A stretch of DNA of 64,000 bases from Adineta vaga (Eukaryota > Animalia > Rotifera), in NCBI GenBank assembly GCA_021613535.1, contig CP075492.1, positions 7,812,001-7,876,000 of the forward strand, written 5' to 3'. A program made the position numbers and the translations under genes. The notes beneath the pieces are model-generated. The model was not told the DNA's origin, ran no database searches, and saw only the letters and a list, made by a program, of their open reading frames with translations. Position 1 is the first letter of the stretch, and each line of letters opens with the position of its first letter. Below are positions 58,403-64,000 of the stretch, in pieces.

Positions 58403-59560
58403 ATGAATTCTATCTTACAATCACGTGATACACCAGATTATATTTCTATTTTAAAACCGCCTCTTATTGGTAAACTTTATTTATGGGGTTATTTATGTTT
58501 ATTCATTCTTGGTTTTACTGGTAATATTGCTAGTCTATTAACATTTACTCGGCCAACATTACGATCGGTTTCGACAAGCACATTATTTATTGTCTTAGCC
58601 ATTTCGGATACGATTTTTCTACTTATATCCATCATTGATTTCTTTGATTTTGGTATACAAATTCCTCTAGTCAACTATGTTGACTATAATGCCTTATGTC
58701 GCATGCGATTATTTATCATTTCAATGGCACAAATTTGTTCAGCTTGGATTCTAGTTGTCATTTCATTGGATCGATGGATTCGTACACGATTTCCATATAA
58801 ATCAGCAATGATCTGTACTCAAAAGAAGGCAATACTCGCTGTTATTATCATCATCATTCTTGATACAGGTCTTCATGCAATTATGTTGACACCAATGATC
58901 GGTGGTTTATTTCCTGGAGTTGCACTGTTAGCTTGTGGACCGCTTACGTGGAATTATTTATACTTTTATTATATATCATGGACAATTATACAAGTGAGAT
59001 AGATGATCTTATTAACGAAGTTCATTTCTTCTTCTTCACCTAGGTTTTCATCAATTGTCTTGTACCTGTAATGTTAATGTTATTTTTTCTTATTGATATG
59101 TTTATTAAAATTCGGCTTCAAAAACATAATCTAAGTCAACCAATTGAACTTCAACCTCGTGGTCAAGTAGTACCAAATCCAGCAGCTAAAAGAAATAGTC
59201 GTTTACAAAAGCAATTATTCGTTTTAATCTTATCGAGTATTATTATCTTTCTAACGACAACTTTACCCGTCGCTGTATATCGAATTGTATTTCCACGACA
59301 AATTCTTTCTGTACCAATAACAGAGTTCGAATCTATTGCAAAAACATCAGCTTGTTTAACATTCTTCTGGAGTTTTAACTATGCTGTAAGTTGGTCATTG
59401 ATCAACCGATAAAATTAAATCCACTTCCTTTTAGATCAATTTCTACATTCATTGTTTAACTTCAACATTATTTCGCAGAGAATTTCAAAAATATCTTGGT
59501 CTAATATGTAACAATGGACAAACTCAAGTGGTTCCGACTACTTTTATAACATTACGTTGA
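58403..59560 (+). CDS. Rhodopsin-like (class A) peptide-type GPCR, 3 exons
   Basis: GFTGN, LAISD, SAWILVVISLDRW, TTLP and NYAINFYIHCLTSTLFR. Confidence 0.9.
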
Positions 59561-60068
59561 ACATTTTCTGTTGTCCATATCTTTATTGTATAGTTAGTGA
59601 TCATCTGATGTCCCTGTCCGAATCATATAGTATTGTACAAAATAAAAATTATCTTGATTACAAGAAAGAAAATTTGATGATGCAAAATCTTCCTACGCAA
59701 TATAATCGCATGGTGGATTCAAGCTAATCTGAATACTACTGTAGGAAATAAGAAGATGTCAGAAAGGTTTCTTCGTCGTCGATAAAGAGTAGAAAAGAAG
59801 TGGAACATTTTCTACTCACAAAAGAGTGACGAACCGGTAGATAAGCAATTTTATTTAATTATTTTAGATAAAAACGATACAAAGCAAAACACAGACAGAC
59901 AATAATAAAAATCAATTGAACTTTTAATACATAGATGTAATTTGTTTTTTCATTGAATACTGAACATAAAATAGAAAATGAAACATTGTACAAATAAACT
60001 CACTAAATGTATATATGTATCACAGTTAAAACAATAGAAAAAAGGACAAGAGCTTTATTTTGATCATT

Positions 60069-63000
60069 TTATGATGAAAATGATGGAGTTCTTGCAATTT
60101 CTTTCATATATACAGGATCATCTAATATTGAAATATAAGTTTTTTCAACATCGACATCTTCTTCTTTCATTTGTTCGTGTAATGCTATTAAACGATACCA
60201 TGTTATAACATCTGGATCAGCAAGATTCATTGAAAGTGAACATGCATCAATACCATGATTATCTTTTAGTAAAGGATCAGCACCACGTTTAAGTAAAAGT
60301 ATAATTGGTCTAAAGATATCAATTTGATTACAATAATGACAATAGGGAATATAAACATACCCGCGTCCTTTATTCGCCAATTGAGTTGCATAATGAAGAG
60401 GTGTTCTACCATCTTCATCAGCTAGATTGACTTTCGCATTATTTGTTAGAAGAAATTCAGCAGCTGCTACGGATTTCTAGAATATAAATACATCGATACA
60501 AGGGCTGATCAGAATATGCCGTCTTTGGAAAAACAAAAGTCAATGTGTACTAAGAATTCATCTACTATCAATTGAAATAAGATTAGAAAGAAAACTAAAG
60601 CATACACTTAAGATTGCTTCAATTAATGGTGTTCGTCCATGATCATGTTCATTGGAGAAATTTTTATCAGCATTAAGTGCCAGTGCATGTAACATCATTG
60701 GAACATTACGATTACGAGCTGCATCATATAAATAGATATTCACATTCCATATCAATGGTTGGTTATCTTCAAAAGATGAAAAACGATTAGAAAAATATGA
60801 ACGATTATCTTTCATCTTACCTGTAACAATACCATTATCAGAGGGTATGATTGGCTTTCTAAAATATTAAACAAATCTAAATGAAATGAGACATCGAACG
60901 AAACAAACCGAAATAATAGTTGTCGATTATAAGTTTTCAATAAATGTGATGTATTGTCATCGTCAATATCACATCCAAAACTCGTTGATAATGCGGTATT
61001 TTTCATTATAGTCCATCGTCGTATATTACGTGTTGTCGATCGCAAATGATTGGATGGTGGCAATGGACGTATAAATGCTTTTTGAACATATTTTGCATCG
61101 ATATAACTTCGACGTTTAGTACTAAGTAAAGCGAGAAAAAGTAATCGTTTAGAAAAGAAACAACTTTACGTTCTAATTTATTCTTACGGATCTGTATCTG
61201 TTGTTGGTTTTTGTATTTCATCTGATCGTTGTGCTTCATAAATATTATTGACAATATTATTACCTAATTCTGACATGACTAGAAGTGTTTCTAAATCCCA
61301 TGTATCCATATGAACTGATCGAACTTTCGAAAGATTAACACCAAGACCTCTGATAAAAGAATTTTATGATTAAAAAATCAATTCTAAATCAAACAAACCG
61401 ATGTGCTCCACCGCAATTTAAACAAAGTAATATGCCTAAATTAATCGATGCCCATTCAGGATTATCAGCATCACAATCACAACATTTATCATTGCCGGGA
61501 AGTGAACGTACATATTCAATTTTTTCTTTAATCCTAAAATATAGAATTCTTCGATACAAACTAAATAAAACATATATTTTCTCATTACATCTTTTGTTTT
61601 AATTCAGTTTTAGCCATTAGAATTGTATTTGAACGATCATCAAACAGAGATTTCGGTGAAGACTATAATAATAAAAATTCAGTAGAGAATTCATCATTTC
61701 ATCTCAACGAACTGTTGATGAAGTTGGTCTTCCATCATCCGATGATTTGAATAGATCCGCAATTGCGGAATGAAGTACATTAATCCATTGTTCACAAGCC
61801 ATTTGTGAATCTGCTTGCAGAAGATGTGAACTAAAACGTTCAAAGATTATCGAAAACAAATTCATGAAGAAAGTTCTTACCTGTTCGGTGAAATAATCTC
61901 GAATACAAATCGACGATCGTTATCATTTGTAGAACGAATCGTACATAGACGTAGATCAGGTACCATAATTGAATAGGGAAATTGTTGGGGAGAATTTTCA
62001 TTAAGAGCATTACTACTATTTCGTTTCATATATAATAATTGACCATTTCGAATACAAAACCAACGTCTAAACAATTATATAAGTAATAAGTTACATCGTC
62101 TAATAACCAACCTATTCCATGTCTTGAATTTATTATGTGAACGTTTAAACAGATAACCTGGAGAGAAAAAGACGATGACTTTGTCTCTTACTGAATAATA
62201 ATCGTTTATTTACCTTCTTTAGTCACTTCAGTACCATTCGATGGCATATTTGATAAACTTTGTTGTGAAATATTTCTTGATAGAATATTTTTTGACTATA
62301 CAATACTTCTATATTTGACCTACTAAAGAATTATTTTTCATCACTTACTAAAGATAAAGAAGATTCTGGTGTCATTCCATCGTTTCTGTTCTCGTCTGGG
62401 TTATACTAAAAATAGAAAAGGAGATAAATTCAAGATGATGATATGAAACATTTGTATGAATTAATACTCTTTTTTGATTGATTTCATGTATTTTTTCTAA
62501 TAATTTCTCTTTCTGTCCATTTTCTTGTTTCATTTTGGTTAACTAAACAATCAGTCGAACATGTATTTATTTATTTATTTACTTAATTAACAATTACTTC
62601 TGTATTCATCGAATGGACATCTTTTTCTGTTTCAGTTGATAATAATTCATAGCCTTGATGAAAAAATGCTTTATGAAAATTGATATACGATAAAAATAAT
62701 TCAATTAGATCGACTTTATGGTGATTAAATAAGACATTTATTTGAGAAGTATAATCAATTGATGTATGACCGAAACAACTTCGAGTAGCAATCAAATTTT
62801 TACTAACATCTTCACATAAATGAGCTAAATAGTCAAGAATTATGTATACAAAACTTGATATTATTGTTTACTTACGTTTTGTTTTCGATACATCTGCATT
62901 CTTTTGTAAAGCTGAAAAATAATTGATTAATTTCAATGACTTATCGTTGATAAAACAAAAAAAGATGTTATTACCAATATCATAATCTGTACTTAAACGT

Positions 63001-63553
63001 TCGAATAATTTTCCTTGATCTTTTACTTTTCTTATATCTTCTTTTAACATTCGTGTTAATGTTCGTAGCATACTATGTGATGTTTGTTCCAATAAATTCT
63101 ATTTGAAAAATATCTCTCTTTGTTTTTTTTCCACCAATAAATCAATTTAGTGACTTACAGAAAATAAAGTTTGTATTTCATACAGATAATTACCAAATTT
63201 TGCGAGACTTTTATAAGTTAATTCATCTGTAGAAAAGAATTCGCGAACATCAAAAATGCATTTAATAAATTTCCTAAAGAAGATAATCGTCTTTTTTTCT
63301 TCTAAACAAATTTCACCAATAGTTTTTCTTACTGAAAATCTTGCACAAATAATTTGCCACTATTAATAACTAAATTGCACATTTTATACATTTGTTCTAA
63401 ACGATCTTCAAGTATATCGATGTGATTCGCAGCTTGTCGAAGTTGACTTCTTTTTAATCAAGATATTATTTTATATAAACAATATAAAATTGAAAAAACA
63501 TACCGATAAACAGGAGAATCTTTAAGACATTCTTCAAAATCGATGGTATGCAT
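60069..63553 (-). CDS. ACAP: Arf-GAP with BAR, PH and ankyrin domains (ACAP/centaurin-beta)
   Basis: [16 protein letters not shown] domain (GYLFKR...TWNRRWF...DLRLCT), ArfGAP zinc finger CCDC...[21 protein letters not shown] and ankyrin repeats GRTPL. Confidence 0.93.
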
Positions 63554-64000
63554 GACTAAAAGGAAACAGTAGTATCTGTTATGATAATACAATATAACTC
63601 GTCGAAGGCATTTTTTTTTCTATCTCTCTTTTTCTCCTCTCATATTATATAACCTAATGGATAGATATTGGAGTATCGTTGTCACATTTACTGATGAATG
63701 CCGACAGCTCGCGCCTCTCTTTTTCCTTCTCTATTTGTTCATCATACAAATGTATATGTGTTCAGTCAGAGTGAAAATGAGTAATTATATACGAACGATA
63801 GAAGAATAACACATGTTTGTTAGAAGTGCTTGACCTCTCGTCGGCATCAATTTCACGGAAGCTACTTACTTCATCGATCGCACTGTACAATTCGAAATGG
63901 TAACTCATCATCGTATTTGATACGAGAAACGAGAAAAACAAATGAAGGATAGGAACAGATGGTCATCTCCATAGGGTGTTTTGCTTTTCTATTGTCTTCA

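Overview
AT-rich, gene-dense eukaryotic DNA with many short (about 50-70 nt) GT-AG introns. The gene content (PAN/EGF/NHL secreted protein, divergent peptide-type GPCRs, sterol methyltransferase, metazoan housekeeping genes) suggests a bdelloid rotifer; this is an inference. About 27 genes or gene remnants were reconstructed by hand, including NCX, SS18, GALNT, RapGAP, S6K, STPG2, XPO7, sterol C24-methyltransferase, MSL1-like, PKI, UBE2W, ESD-like, RNF216-like, DNAJC4-like, ACAP and two GPCRs. Main observations: (1) an apparently obligatory 2-nt micro-exon supplies part of the S6K catalytic-loop YRD motif; (2) GALNT has a duplicated 204-nt catalytic-domain cassette, one copy a single exon and the other split by an intron, which looks like an alternative exon pair; (3) several genes have a splice acceptor directly at the ATG, some only about 150 nt behind a same-strand gene, suggesting operon-like units resolved by SL trans-splicing; (4) several intact genes have lost their key functional residues (ESD Ser to Gly, an alpha/beta hydrolase, a stefin missed by the ORF track); (5) a secreted-protein gene is nested antisense in an STPG2 intron. 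No rRNA, tRNA, CRISPR array or intact transposon was recognised.
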